DNA from: an uncultured bacterium
Lineage (GTDB): Bacteria > Patescibacteriota > Gracilibacteria > UBA1369 > PNNO01
DNA: 32,000 nt
Assembly (NCBI GenBank): GCA_963704705.1
Contig: OY969931.1
Location: 840,001-872,000, forward strand
Direction of reading: 5' to 3'
Each line of letters begins with the position of its first letter. Positions within the stretch are counted from its first letter, which is position 1. Positions 10,310 to 20,160 of this stretch are shown here, in pieces. The notes beneath the pieces were generated by a model. It saw nothing but the letters and a program-made list of their open reading frames with translations, searched no databases and was not told the DNA's origin. Position numbers and translations under genes: made by a program.

Positions 10310-13039
10310 TTATTGTTCGTAAAATTTACGAACAATATCATCTAGAAAAACAAGATCAAAAGTGCCGCTTACACTGCGGTCTCCGGTTGCAGTCTGAACA
10401 ATAACATTTGTAACCTTATCGTCTTTACTATAGTAATCAAAAGAAAACTTAGCACCCCGGTTTTCATCAAAATAAACATCAATTACTCTATAAATTCCAT
10501 TGTTGAAATCCACAATTGCAACATTATCTTCATTTAAAACCACTCCCAGATCCGAAAACTTTCCTACTACAAAAACCTTCGCTGTTTTAGCTACTTCATT
10601 TTCTTTTGTAGCTGGTTCTTCTTCGTCCGGAACAACAGTTGTACCGCTTTGAGAATCAACATATTCAAGAATAAAGCTTTTAACTTTATTCAATTTTATA
10701 CCTTCCTGAGTGACAATCTTGTCATCTATTATAATATTGGAAAGAAGTTCCCTATCCCAGTCATAAGTACCCCTGAATACAATTTTATTAACTTCAGCAC
10801 TTAATATAGGAACTTTAGTTTTTGTTGTGTCCTCATAAAATCCAAACTCAATATTCACAATTCCCTCATCATTTAGATCTTTTCTCACCCGTGCCAAAAC
10901 ATCGTTGGCAGTTAGTTCAACCTGAGCTGAAGTACCAAATATTTCTTTACGGATATCCTCAAAAGTTACATTTTGCTTTTGAATCTCTTTAAATGCTTCA
11001 AATCTTTCAAGGTGTGTGGCTCCATGAAGGGGAGTTGAAGAATATTCATCAGATTTCAAATACTCCCAAAACACTCCAAAATCCGCCAAACGCTTCTCAA
11101 ATAGATCATTTATTGCAGCAACGTCCAAAGTGTCTTGTTTAAGCTCTTCCATATCAGCAAGAAGCCTAAACACAATTTGTCTTGCATCAGCCGGATCAAG
11201 TTCTTCCTTAAATAAGAAATATTGAATTCGGCTTAAAAGATTTATTTTTTCATTAATAAATGTTTGTCTTTGTTCTTTTTTATCCCTAAGGCCCGGAATA
11301 GTAGCCAAATAATCTTCTTCTATTTTCTTTTTTGACTCAAATATGCCAATTTTGTACAAATCAGAGTTTAGGAATAATAAATTATCAATTAAAATATTTT
11401 GTCTTATTATTTGATCCCGGATTTCAGATATATTGTCACGATAGTTTTGGGTTAAAGACTCATAAAGTTCAAAATAATGCTCTAAAATAACTTCAGCATC
11501 ATTAGATCCGCTTGCCAGTGCATCATAAACATCATTTAACTTTAAAGTTAGTAGATTATATTGTTCTTCTATTGGAAGATCTTTTCTTGCCTTAGAATTA
11601 AAAATTTCTTCATAAAGAAGCTCTTTAATAGGATAAAGATCATTATCCGGAGTTAAATACAGATAATCTTCCAGATATTTAGCCAGTTCTTTATATAACA
11701 ATTCATTTGCATATTCATTCTGAGTAATAACAGGATCTTTTATATCATCTTTAAATAAAGACAAGCGAACACCCGCATCAGTTGAATTATTCTGAATAAA
11801 AAGAAAAGCAGCGTCATTAATGTTTTCAAAAATATCACCGACTAAACTTGAAGCTTTTTTCTGGTCTGTAAATGTAAGTGCTTCTCTTAAATCACTTAAC
11901 AATTGTTTTGCCTGAAATCTTACTGAGTCAGTTGATATATTTTTTAATCCCATTTCCCTAATGCTTTTTATAAATTTTTCATCTATTGACGTTTTTAAAC
12001 TATTATCCTTTCGTATATTTTCGGCTATCCACGGATCCTGCTCAATTGTAGTGGTCGCTGCGCGGCCATAGCTAAATTCCTTAACAAGCTTTGAATACAA
12101 AAGTTGCTCAATTGTTTCAGGCTCTTGATCAATTTTTGTATCCAAAAACTGAGCCTTATTTCCCTCGGCTATCCACAGCTTATTAATTACTTTATTGTTA
12201 GCCAATATTTCGACTGTAACATCATGCTTTTGAGCATAAATATTTGTTCGACTTCCATCGTATTCAATATTAAATAAAGAAAGTGATGGAATTGCTGCTA
12301 TTTTTCCTGAATTAATCCTAAGATCAAAAAAGTTATTCAATAAATTTCCCCATATTTTTCCGTTCATCAGAGTAAGTTCAAATTGTTCCTGGTCAACATT
12401 AAAACTGTTTATATTAATTATTGTATTGGCATCCAAACGAAGAACTCCCTTTAATGGAAGATTAATGGAAACGCCGCTTACAGACTGAGTATTCAATGTT
12501 TCGCCGCCTTTAAATTCATACTCGTTCTTTACATTAAATTTCTGTCCATTTTGTTCAATTTGAATGGTTTCATCACCAGGGATAGTTACTATAAATCTAT
12601 TATCATAAATAGCTACCTCTTCAGCTTTAACGTAATTATCAACATATAAAGTTAAAGCAAAAAGACCGAATCCAAGTACAAGTAGAAATAGAACTTTTAG
12701 TATTGAGAAAGCCAATGATTTAGGTTCCTTTACCTTAGTTTCGACTGGTTTTACTTCATCTTTAATAACTTTTTCCTGTTCTTTTTGAGCATTTTTTATC
12801 TTCTCTTGTGCATTTTTTTTATTCAATTCTTTTAGCTTTAAATCGAAGGTTTCAATAGGTTGCTTAGGAATAATTTTCTCTGCATTTTCTTGGGTAGTCA
12901 AAGGTTCCGGAGCTATTTCAGTTTGTTCATTAACAACTTGTGGCTCTGAACCTGTTTGAGGTTTAATTAAAAGTTCGTCATTTTGAATTAATGATTCTTC
13001 CGGACCTTTTTGATTTTTATTTGTGTTTTCTGGATTCAT
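10310..13039 (-). CDS. Large (909 aa) single-pass membrane-anchored protein of unknown function, with a possible FecR-like beta domain followed by a long helical region
   Basis: Uninterrupted ORF. A charged, low-complexity N-terminal ~105 aa is followed by one TM helix (LAFSILKVLFLLVLGFGLFALTLYV). Next is a beta-rich segment (LRLDANTIININSFNVDQEQFELTLMNGKIWGN) reminiscent of FecR-type sensors, then ~450 aa of helical sequence. I recognise no catalytic motifs. Confidence 0.55.
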   Translation of the reverse strand: MNPENTNKNQKGPEESLIQNDELLIKPQTGSEPQVVNEQTEIAPEPLTTQENAEKIIPKQPIETFDLKLKELNKKNAQEKIKNAQKEQEKVIKDEVKPVETKVKEPKSLAFSILKVLFLLVLGFGLFALTLYVDNYVKAEEVAIYDNRFIVTIPGDETIQIEQNGQKFNVKNEYEFKGGETLNTQSVSGVSINLPLKGVLRLDANTIININSFNVDQEQFELTLMNGKIWGNLLNNFFDLRINSGKIAAIPSLSLFNIEYDGSRTNIYAQKHDVTVEILANNKVINKLWIAEGNKAQFLDTKIDQEPETIEQLLYSKLVKEFSYGRAATTTIEQDPWIAENIRKDNSLKTSIDEKFIKSIREMGLKNISTDSVRFQAKQLLSDLREALTFTDQKKASSLVGDIFENINDAAFLFIQNNSTDAGVRLSLFKDDIKDPVITQNEYANELLYKELAKYLEDYLYLTPDNDLYPIKELLYEEIFNSKARKDLPIEEQYNLLTLKLNDVYDALASGSNDAEVILEHYFELYESLTQNYRDNISEIRDQIIRQNILIDNLLFLNSDLYKIGIFESKKKIEEDYLATIPGLRDKKEQRQTFINEKINLLSRIQYFLFKEELDPADARQIVFRLLADMEELKQDTLDVAAINDLFEKRLADFGVFWEYLKSDEYSSTPLHGATHLERFEAFKEIQKQNVTFEDIRKEIFGTSAQVELTANDVLARVRKDLNDEGIVNIEFGFYEDTTKTKVPILSAEVNKIVFRGTYDWDRELLSNIIIDDKIVTQEGIKLNKVKSFILEYVDSQSGTTVVPDEEEPATKENEVAKTAKVFVVGKFSDLGVVLNEDNVAIVDFNNGIYRVIDVYFDENRGAKFSFDYYSKDDKVTNVIVQTATGDRSVSGTFDLVFLDDIVRKFYEQ

Positions 13040-13146
13040 AAAAAACCTTATTTTTCTTATTATTATAGCATTTTTTTGAGTTTATGTAAATTTAAAAGGC
13101 CTTAAAAATTTAATATACTAACAAAGTTATTTATTAATTTATTTGT

Positions 13147-14844
13147 ATGAAATTAAAACTGAAGACTATTCTATTAGGTTTTGTATGTAGTTTATTTATT
13201 GCTCAAAACGCATTTGCCATACAATTTGTGGATGTAGTTGAAAGAAGCTTGTTTTACGATGCCATTAATTACTTTGTTACTGAAGTTCCGATTCTCGCAA
13301 CAGACAGGGATGAATTTAACCCGCTTGATAAAGTAACTAAAGCTGAATTCTTTAAATTATTGATTAGAAGCGGCGGATACGATCCTGCTCCGGATAATTA
13401 TGATATTCCTTATTATGATGTCACTGGTACAGAATGGTTTGCACCTTATGTGAAAACAGCGATTGATTTAAATATTATTCAATTCAGTGATAATAATCCA
13501 AATTTTAATGCAGGAGAAACTGTTACAAGAGAAGAAGCAATTGATTGGGTTGTTAAATTTTACGGGATTAATCCGGCTGCAGTGAGTTCTTTAGCGATCG
13601 AATACAATGATGTGTCTCCTTCTGATTCTTATGCAAATATTTCAAAAATTGCTTATCAACTTCATCTTTTACATGATTATAAATCAGGACTTTTTAATGC
13701 GAATAAAGAGTTAACAAGAGCCGAAGCTGTACATATATTTTATGAAGTTCATCAAAACGATCTTACTGCTTCAACTCAGCTACAAAACAGTAATTTAAAT
13801 GTTAATGATGCCAATTTTGCTCTTTTCTATGAAGTCTGGGATACAATCAATAATGAATATATAAACAAAGATGAAATTGATCAAAATGAGCTTATTTATG
13901 GTGCAATTACAGGATTGGTATATAAATTAAATGATCCATACAGTGTATTTTTCGAACCAATAGAAGCTGACAGTTATTTGGAAGCCTTAGAAGGCCAATT
14001 TGACGGCATTGGAATTTATCTTAATCAAGATGATTTGGATTTCGTTATACTGACGCCATTAAAAGGCTCTCCTGCTGAAGACGCCGGTATTAAACCCAAT
14101 GATATAATTATTGAAATTAATGATGAACCGGTTAGAGGACTTGAAATAGGAGATGTAATTGAACTTTTACGCGGTGAAATAGGAACTCAGGTTAAATTAA
14201 AACTAAAACGGGACAACAATTATATTTTAAAATATGTTACCAGAGCAAAAATTAATGTACCGTTTGTTGAAAGTGAAATGAAAGATGGTATTGGAATAAT
14301 CCATTATTATCAATTTACCAGTAACTCAGACGATCAATTGTCTGAAGCTCTTAGCGAAATTTTAAAAAATAATCCAAAAGGTATAATCCTTGATTTAAGA
14401 AATAACCCTGGAGGATTCATTTATAGCGCCCAGCAATTGATTTCAAGATTTATACCTGCAAATGAGCCTTATATTAACATCATATTGGCAGATGGTACTT
14501 CGTATACTGAAAAGTCGTTAGGTCCTGGTGAGCTTAAAGATTTACCGATCGTTGTGTTAGTTAACGAGGGTAGTGCATCTGCTTCTGAAATTGCTGCTTT
14601 GGCATTAAAAGATCAGTTAAACGCTAAGATTGTAGGAGTTAATTCATTTGGTAAAGCAAAAATCCAGGAAATTCTTACTTACCCTGATGGGTCGACATTA
14701 AAATTAAGTATTGCTAATTGGACTTCTCCAAATGGAACTTATATTCAGGATGTGGGAATAACGCCAGATTATATTGTAGAATTAAATCAGGCCAGTACAG
14801 TTGACGATCAGTTGGAAAAAGCATTACAACTAATTAAAAATTAG
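13147..14844 (+). CDS. S41 family C-terminal processing peptidase with N-terminal SLH-like repeats and a PDZ domain
   Basis: Signal peptide MKLKLKTILLGFVCSLFIAQNAFA. Three SLH-like modules: FVDV...FNPLDKVTKAEFFKLL, YYDV...GETVTREEAIDWV and YNDV...NKELTRAEAVHIF. PDZ domain GSPAEDAGIKPNDIIIEINDEPV. S41 core LDLRNNPGG and VLVNEGSASASEI. Confidence 0.85.
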   Translation: MKLKLKTILLGFVCSLFIAQNAFAIQFVDVVERSLFYDAINYFVTEVPILATDRDEFNPLDKVTKAEFFKLLIRSGGYDPAPDNYDIPYYDVTGTEWFAPYVKTAIDLNIIQFSDNNPNFNAGETVTREEAIDWVVKFYGINPAAVSSLAIEYNDVSPSDSYANISKIAYQLHLLHDYKSGLFNANKELTRAEAVHIFYEVHQNDLTASTQLQNSNLNVNDANFALFYEVWDTINNEYINKDEIDQNELIYGAITGLVYKLNDPYSVFFEPIEADSYLEALEGQFDGIGIYLNQDDLDFVILTPLKGSPAEDAGIKPNDIIIEINDEPVRGLEIGDVIELLRGEIGTQVKLKLKRDNNYILKYVTRAKINVPFVESEMKDGIGIIHYYQFTSNSDDQLSEALSEILKNNPKGIILDLRNNPGGFIYSAQQLISRFIPANEPYINIILADGTSYTEKSLGPGELKDLPIVVLVNEGSASASEIAALALKDQLNAKIVGVNSFGKAKIQEILTYPDGSTLKLSIANWTSPNGTYIQDVGITPDYIVELNQASTVDDQLEKALQLIKN

Positions 14845-17173
14845 GAGTTGTTGGAGGTTCGGATGCTGGTTCATTCTCTGTTTCAGGTTCTTCTTCCGGC
14901 TCTGGCTCAGCTTCCGGCTCCGGAGTAACTTCAGTTTCAACAGGTACCTCTTCTGCTGCAGGTCCAAGATCAGGCTCTGCCGGCGGTCCAGGTGCTTCAG
15001 TCCCTTCATATTCAACTTCTTCGGCCTGTGCCTGAAGTATTTCTTCCGGGTTTGTAGTTACAAGTTTATCTTCCCCATACGAAGCAATAATTTGAATTGC
15101 AACGTGTTTATTACCGGCAAAGAAAAGTCCCTGGCCGATTCCGCTGTTTAAAAGCATATATTTCTCGCCTTCCGTTAAATTAAATACACTTTGCAGCATA
15201 TCAATTGCTGCAGGTGCCTGTTTTAATAATACCTGCATCGATGAATTTGTAATAATAGGTTTGCCATATTTATTCTGAACAAAGTCTTCTACATCCTGAG
15301 TAATTGTAGTAACTCCCAAATAATATTTTCGGGCTCTTTTAACTAGTCCATATAAAAATCGTGCTGAATCATCATGCTGCATTAAAGACCAGGCCTCATC
15401 AATAACCAATATTCTGCGTTTAAGCGAACTTCTGACATTATTCCAAATGTAATTAAGAATAATATACATCGCGATTGGCCTTAATGCGTCCTCCAAATCA
15501 CGAATACTAAACACAACCAAACCAGAAGTTAAATCAATATTTGTTGATTTGTTAAATATTCCTGAATAAGTTCCTGATGTGAATTTTGCAAGTCTTGTAG
15601 CCAAATCTTTACCACCTTCCATTGAATTCAAAATATCATATAAATCTTCCATTGTAGGAGGAGCAATTGAAGAAGGATCTTCAATTTGCATAGTAATACC
15701 TCGTAATGCATAAACATCGGTTAATGCTTTATCAAGCATCCCTTCTTCTTCCGGGGTAACACCTCCAAGCATAATTTTTAATAAACCATGAAGAGCAATA
15801 ATATTTGAACGTAATAAATCCCCTGGTTTAACCACCTCATCTTTTAATGGAGCCGGCAAATCAAATGGATTGATTCTGCGATCGGAATTTAATGAAACTT
15901 TCATATAACTTCCGCCTACCACTTCGCTTATTGCTTCATATTCATTTTCCGGATCGATAACTATTACATCTGTTCCAAACATCAATGATCTTAAAATCTC
16001 GAGTTTTACAGCATAAGATTTACCTGCACCTGATTTTGCAAATACAACTGAATTCGCATTTTCCAGCTTGAATCTGTCAAAAATAATTAAACTATCGTTA
16101 TGTCTGTTGAGTCCGTAAAGGATTCCGGTATTTGAAGTAAGATCAGCTGAGGTAAACGGAAACATCGTTGATAATGGCGATGTATTCATATTCAATGTTA
16201 CCTCTAATTCATCTGTACAAATTGGAATTGTTGAATTAAATGCATGTTCAGCCTGGAGATCTGCACGTTTTATCATTACCAGTTTTCCTGCAAGCAAACT
16301 TGAAATCTGTTTGGCTACTCTTTGAAGCTTCTTTTTATCTTCCGCATAAATTGTAAAATAAAGTCCGAGCTGGAAAAACTTTTCCTGCCCCCTCTGAATT
16401 TGAGTTCTTAATTCTTCAGCATCCTGAAGCGCTGTTTCAATTGCAGGGTCTCTAACATTTCCTTTTTCTTCAGCGATTCTCATTGAAGATTGCAACTGCG
16501 CAACTTTTCTTTTTAAAACTTTCATTATCGCTGCTGAATCAATAGGATAAACAAATTGTGAAATATCCATTGTTACATCAAAATTTATAACCGGAGAAAG
16601 CCAGTTTGAATCGAGATATCGAGGATATGCGAAAACATAAAATGTCTGAGCATACATTCCTTCTACTCTAACACTATCAAAATCAACTTCCATCGAAGCC
16701 GGAGCAATTAAATCCCTAACTGTTGCAAGCCCTTCCTGATACAATTTTTCAGCTTCTTCAATTTTTTTCATTTCTTCCGGTAAAACCTTTGGTTTATTGC
16801 CGGTTAGCGCATCAGTCTCTGTCGTGGTTTTTGCAATTTCTGTTTGTTTTTGTTGTTGCACCGAAAATATATTCTTTAAATTATCAAAAATAGTCTTTTT
16901 ATGTTCAGCTTTCTCTTTCACCTCTGCTTTTTTTTCTTTTTCCTCAGGTTCAACAACAGGCTCAGCTGCAGGTTCAGTATTTTCTGCGGCAGCAGTTTCT
17001 CCTTTTGGCTTACCAGCACTCTTTACCCATGCAGGCAAATCTCCTGACGTATCTTTATTTTCTGTTGGCGGAACTGCTTTCTTCGCATCAGACTGCTGAT
17101 TTTCACCATTATTAAGCCATTCCGGAATCTCGGTAGTGCTTTCTGTTTGTGTTTGTTTTGTTTCGTCAGCCAT
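14834..17173 (-). CDS. VirB4/TrbE-family (AAA_10-like) ATPase with low-complexity N- and C-terminal extensions
   Basis: Walker A VFAKSGAGKSY and Walker B RILVIDEAWSLM, with GVTTITQDVEDF downstream. The N-terminal domain pattern YAQTFYVFAYPRYLDSNWLSPVI is typical of VirB4/TraC. The ~130-aa N-terminal region and the PE-rich C-terminal tail are low complexity. No other T4SS genes occur in the window. Confidence 0.7.
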   Translation of the reverse strand: MADETKQTQTESTTEIPEWLNNGENQQSDAKKAVPPTENKDTSGDLPAWVKSAGKPKGETAAAENTEPAAEPVVEPEEKEKKAEVKEKAEHKKTIFDNLKNIFSVQQQKQTEIAKTTTETDALTGNKPKVLPEEMKKIEEAEKLYQEGLATVRDLIAPASMEVDFDSVRVEGMYAQTFYVFAYPRYLDSNWLSPVINFDVTMDISQFVYPIDSAAIMKVLKRKVAQLQSSMRIAEEKGNVRDPAIETALQDAEELRTQIQRGQEKFFQLGLYFTIYAEDKKKLQRVAKQISSLLAGKLVMIKRADLQAEHAFNSTIPICTDELEVTLNMNTSPLSTMFPFTSADLTSNTGILYGLNRHNDSLIIFDRFKLENANSVVFAKSGAGKSYAVKLEILRSLMFGTDVIVIDPENEYEAISEVVGGSYMKVSLNSDRRINPFDLPAPLKDEVVKPGDLLRSNIIALHGLLKIMLGGVTPEEEGMLDKALTDVYALRGITMQIEDPSSIAPPTMEDLYDILNSMEGGKDLATRLAKFTSGTYSGIFNKSTNIDLTSGLVVFSIRDLEDALRPIAMYIILNYIWNNVRSSLKRRILVIDEAWSLMQHDDSARFLYGLVKRARKYYLGVTTITQDVEDFVQNKYGKPIITNSSMQVLLKQAPAAIDMLQSVFNLTEGEKYMLLNSGIGQGLFFAGNKHVAIQIIASYGEDKLVTTNPEEILQAQAEEVEYEGTEAPGPPAEPDLGPAAEEVPVETEVTPEPEAEPEPEEEPETENEPASEPPTTPNF

Positions 17174-17331
17174 CTCTTTAGTTAAATTTTCCTTATATTA
17201 TAGCAAATTTTAGTAATTTTTTCAATACTATAAGACTATATTCAAAATCACTTCAATTGTTTCAAAATTTATGCTAAAGTATGGCGGGTTTGGATTAAAC
17301 CAAGTTATTTTATATCACTAAATTTTCACAT

Positions 17332-20145
17332 ATGGCTAAGGATGAAAAAAATGAAAACCCTGAAGAAATAAATGAGCCAGAAGCAAGTTCTGATGAAATT
17401 GAAGAGGTAGAAAAAACAGAAAAAGTCCCGGAAGCAGAAGAAGAAGTAACCTTTGCACGAAATTTAAATAAACGGAATATTACAAAAGAAATGGAAGAAT
17501 CTTATCTTGATTATGCTATGAGCGTAATTGTATCAAGAGCACTTCCTGATGTTAGAGATGGTTTAAAACCAGTACACAGAAGAATTTTATATGCGATGCA
17601 TGAGCTTGGTTTAAGATCTACTGCAAATTTCAGAAAATCAGCCGGAGTTGTAGGTGAGGTAATGGGTAAATTCCATCCGCATGGTGATGCCGCGATTTAT
17701 GATTCCATGGTACGTTTGGCTCAGCATTTCTCACTAAGATACCCTCTTGTTAGGGGTCAGGGAAATTTTGGTTCAATTGATGGAGACTCTGCTGCGGCAA
17801 TGCGTTATACAGAAGCAAAACTTGAAAAAATTTCCGATGAAATTCTTGCAGATATCGATAAAGAAACCGTTGGATGGCACGATAACTATGATGGCAGATA
17901 TAAAGAACCTGATGTTCTTCCTTCAAAAATACCTCAGCTATTATTAAACGGAACTACAGGTATCGCTGTTGGTATGGCAACTTCTATTCCGCCGCATAAT
18001 TTAGGCGAACTTATTGATGGTGTTATTAATTTAATTGATAATCCTGAATTAACTATTGAAGATTTGATGGAGTTTGTTAAAGCTCCTGACTTCCCTACCG
18101 CAGGTAAAATTTACGATCTTGAAGCAATAAAACAAGCTTACACAACAGGTCGCGGAGGCATGACAATGCGTGCAAGAGCTGAAATTGAAGAGAGAAAAAG
18201 CGGTAAATATGCAATTATAATTACTGAAATCCCGTATCAGGTTAATAAAGCTAATCTGGTTGAGAAAATCGCTGATTTGGTCAGAGACAAAAAGATTGTC
18301 GGCATTGCTGATATACGTGATGAATCAAACAAGGACGGTATTAGAGTTGTTATTGAATTAAAACGTGAATCATTCCCTAAGAAAATTCTAAACCAATTGT
18401 ACAAGTTCACTCCGATGCAGCTTAATTTCAATATGAATATGATTGCTCTTGTTGATGGAATTCAGCCAAGAGTGCTTAATTTAAAACAGGTTCTTGAATT
18501 GTTCATAGAACACAGAAAAGAAGTTATTACAAAAAGAACTCAATACGAACTTCGAGTAGCTCAGGAAAGAGCACATATTTTGGAAGGTTTAAAAATTGCA
18601 TTAGATAATATTGATGCTGTTATTGACACGATCAGAAAATCAGCCGACAAAGAAAAAGCGCATGCAGCATTGATGAAACAGTTCAAACTTTCAGAAAAGC
18701 AAGCAACTGCGATTCTTGAAATGAGACTTCAAACACTTGCCGGACTTGAAAGACAGAAAATTGAAGATGAATATAAAGAAAAAATGGCAATTATAGCTGA
18801 ACTTGAATCAATTCTTAAAAATCCTCAAAGAATTTTGGATATAATTAAAGAAGAACTTGCAGAGATTAAAGAAAAATTTGGTGACAAGAGAAGAACTGAA
18901 ATTATACCTCACGGACTTGGTAAATTCTCTCTTAAAGATACAATTCCAAATGAACCGATGATTGTTATGCTATCTAGAGAAGGCTATATCAAACGTGTAC
19001 CGCCTTCAACATTTAAAGCTCAGCACAGAGGAGGTAAAGGAATAGTTGGAATTACAACAAAAGAAGAAGATGAAATAAATACTTTAATGCACGCAAAAAC
19101 TCATGATAATGCGTTGTTCTTTACTAATAAAGGCAGAGTTTTCCAACTTCCTGTATGGGAAATTCCAAAAACATCAAGACAAGCAAAAGGTTCACCGGTT
19201 GTTAATTTAATTCAGCTTGGTGAAAACGAAATTGTAACTGCCATGCTTGCAGCTAAAGAAAAATTCAAAGGTGAATTCTTAATAATGGCAACTAAAAAAG
19301 GAACAATTAAAAAAACCGCTGTTGAAGAATATAAAAATGTTCGTAAAAGCGGATTAATAGCAATAAAACTTAGAGACGGAGACTCATTGGAATGGGTTCG
19401 TGAAGTTTCAAAGGATAATGAAGTTATTCTTGTTACAAGAACCGGAAAAGCTATTAGATTTAATGAAAAAGACGCAAGAGATATGGGCCGGGCATCAATG
19501 GGGGTACGTGGAATCAAACTTAAAGATAAAGATTTTGTAGTTGAAATGGATGTTGTTAAAAGTCCTGCTGCAAGATTGTTTGTATTAATGGAAAACGGTC
19601 TTGGTAAAACTTCACAAGTTTCAAATTACAGACTTCAAAACAGAGGTGGCACCGGCGTAAAAGTGGCTAACATTACAACAAAAACAGGCCAGGTTGCAGG
19701 TGCTAAAGTATTGGAACAAACATTTGAAGGTGATGCGATTCTTATCTCTAAAAAAGGCGTTACAATAAGAATGAATCTTAAAGATATTCCTACGCTTGGA
19801 CGTGCGACTCAGGGTGTAACATTGATGAGATTAAAAGCCGGAGACAAAGTAAGCACACTTTCAATTATAAGAGTTGATGAAATTCAAAGAGAGGTTGAAG
19901 AAAGTGAAAAAGAAGCTGAAAAACAACGTAATAAAGAAGTAAGACAGGTCGATAAAGGTGTTGAAAAACTTGTTGAGAAAGTATTAGAATCAGAATCAAA
20001 ACCGGAACCTGAGGCTGTTGCTGTAGGCAGAGCGACCAAAGGGAGCTCTAAGGAGCGAGCGTCAGCGAGCGAAGCGAAAACTTCTAAACCTAAAGCAAAA
20101 ACAAGTAAGAAAAAAGTAGACCCTAAACAGCAATCTTTACTTTAA
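17332..20145 (+). CDS. gyrA: DNA gyrase subunit A, with acidic N-terminal and basic C-terminal extensions
   Basis: [24 protein letters not shown], the active-site tyrosine in [10 protein letters not shown], and C-terminal beta-pinwheel repeats. About 45 extra acidic residues at the N-terminus and about 90 extra residues at the C-terminus, ending [13 protein letters not shown]. Confidence 0.95.
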   Translation: MAKDEKNENPEEINEPEASSDEIEEVEKTEKVPEAEEEVTFARNLNKRNITKEMEESYLDYAMSVIVSRALPDVRDGLKPVHRRILYAMHELGLRSTANFRKSAGVVGEVMGKFHPHGDAAIYDSMVRLAQHFSLRYPLVRGQGNFGSIDGDSAAAMRYTEAKLEKISDEILADIDKETVGWHDNYDGRYKEPDVLPSKIPQLLLNGTTGIAVGMATSIPPHNLGELIDGVINLIDNPELTIEDLMEFVKAPDFPTAGKIYDLEAIKQAYTTGRGGMTMRARAEIEERKSGKYAIIITEIPYQVNKANLVEKIADLVRDKKIVGIADIRDESNKDGIRVVIELKRESFPKKILNQLYKFTPMQLNFNMNMIALVDGIQPRVLNLKQVLELFIEHRKEVITKRTQYELRVAQERAHILEGLKIALDNIDAVIDTIRKSADKEKAHAALMKQFKLSEKQATAILEMRLQTLAGLERQKIEDEYKEKMAIIAELESILKNPQRILDIIKEELAEIKEKFGDKRRTEIIPHGLGKFSLKDTIPNEPMIVMLSREGYIKRVPPSTFKAQHRGGKGIVGITTKEEDEINTLMHAKTHDNALFFTNKGRVFQLPVWEIPKTSRQAKGSPVVNLIQLGENEIVTAMLAAKEKFKGEFLIMATKKGTIKKTAVEEYKNVRKSGLIAIKLRDGDSLEWVREVSKDNEVILVTRTGKAIRFNEKDARDMGRASMGVRGIKLKDKDFVVEMDVVKSPAARLFVLMENGLGKTSQVSNYRLQNRGGTGVKVANITTKTGQVAGAKVLEQTFEGDAILISKKGVTIRMNLKDIPTLGRATQGVTLMRLKAGDKVSTLSIIRVDEIQREVEESEKEAEKQRNKEVRQVDKGVEKLVEKVLESESKPEPEAVAVGRATKGSSKERASASEAKTSKPKAKTSKKKVDPKQQSLL
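20025..20080 (+). repeat. GC-rich 56-bp dispersed repeat, copy A (in frame within the gyrA 3' tail)
   Basis: aggcagagcgaccaaagggagctctaaggagcgagcgtcagcgagcgaagcgaaaa matches 21766-21821 at 53 of 56 positions, including a 33-nt perfect run. By my count it is 33/56 G+C in an AT-rich context, with the tetranucleotide AGCG recurring. It encodes [18 protein letters not shown]. Confidence 0.9.
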
Positions 20146-20160
20146 TTAGCTTAAAAAACT

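Noticed and set aside
17174-17331. Possible oriC or DnaA-box cluster in the intergenic regions near gyrB and gyrA, and a 16-codon mini-ORF at 17271-17321 as a gyrA leader peptide
   Set aside because: I found no cluster of TTATCCACA-like boxes in this or the other spacers, only isolated one-mismatch hits inside coding sequence. The mini-ORF has no SD or known precedent and is indistinguishable from chance in AT-rich DNA.
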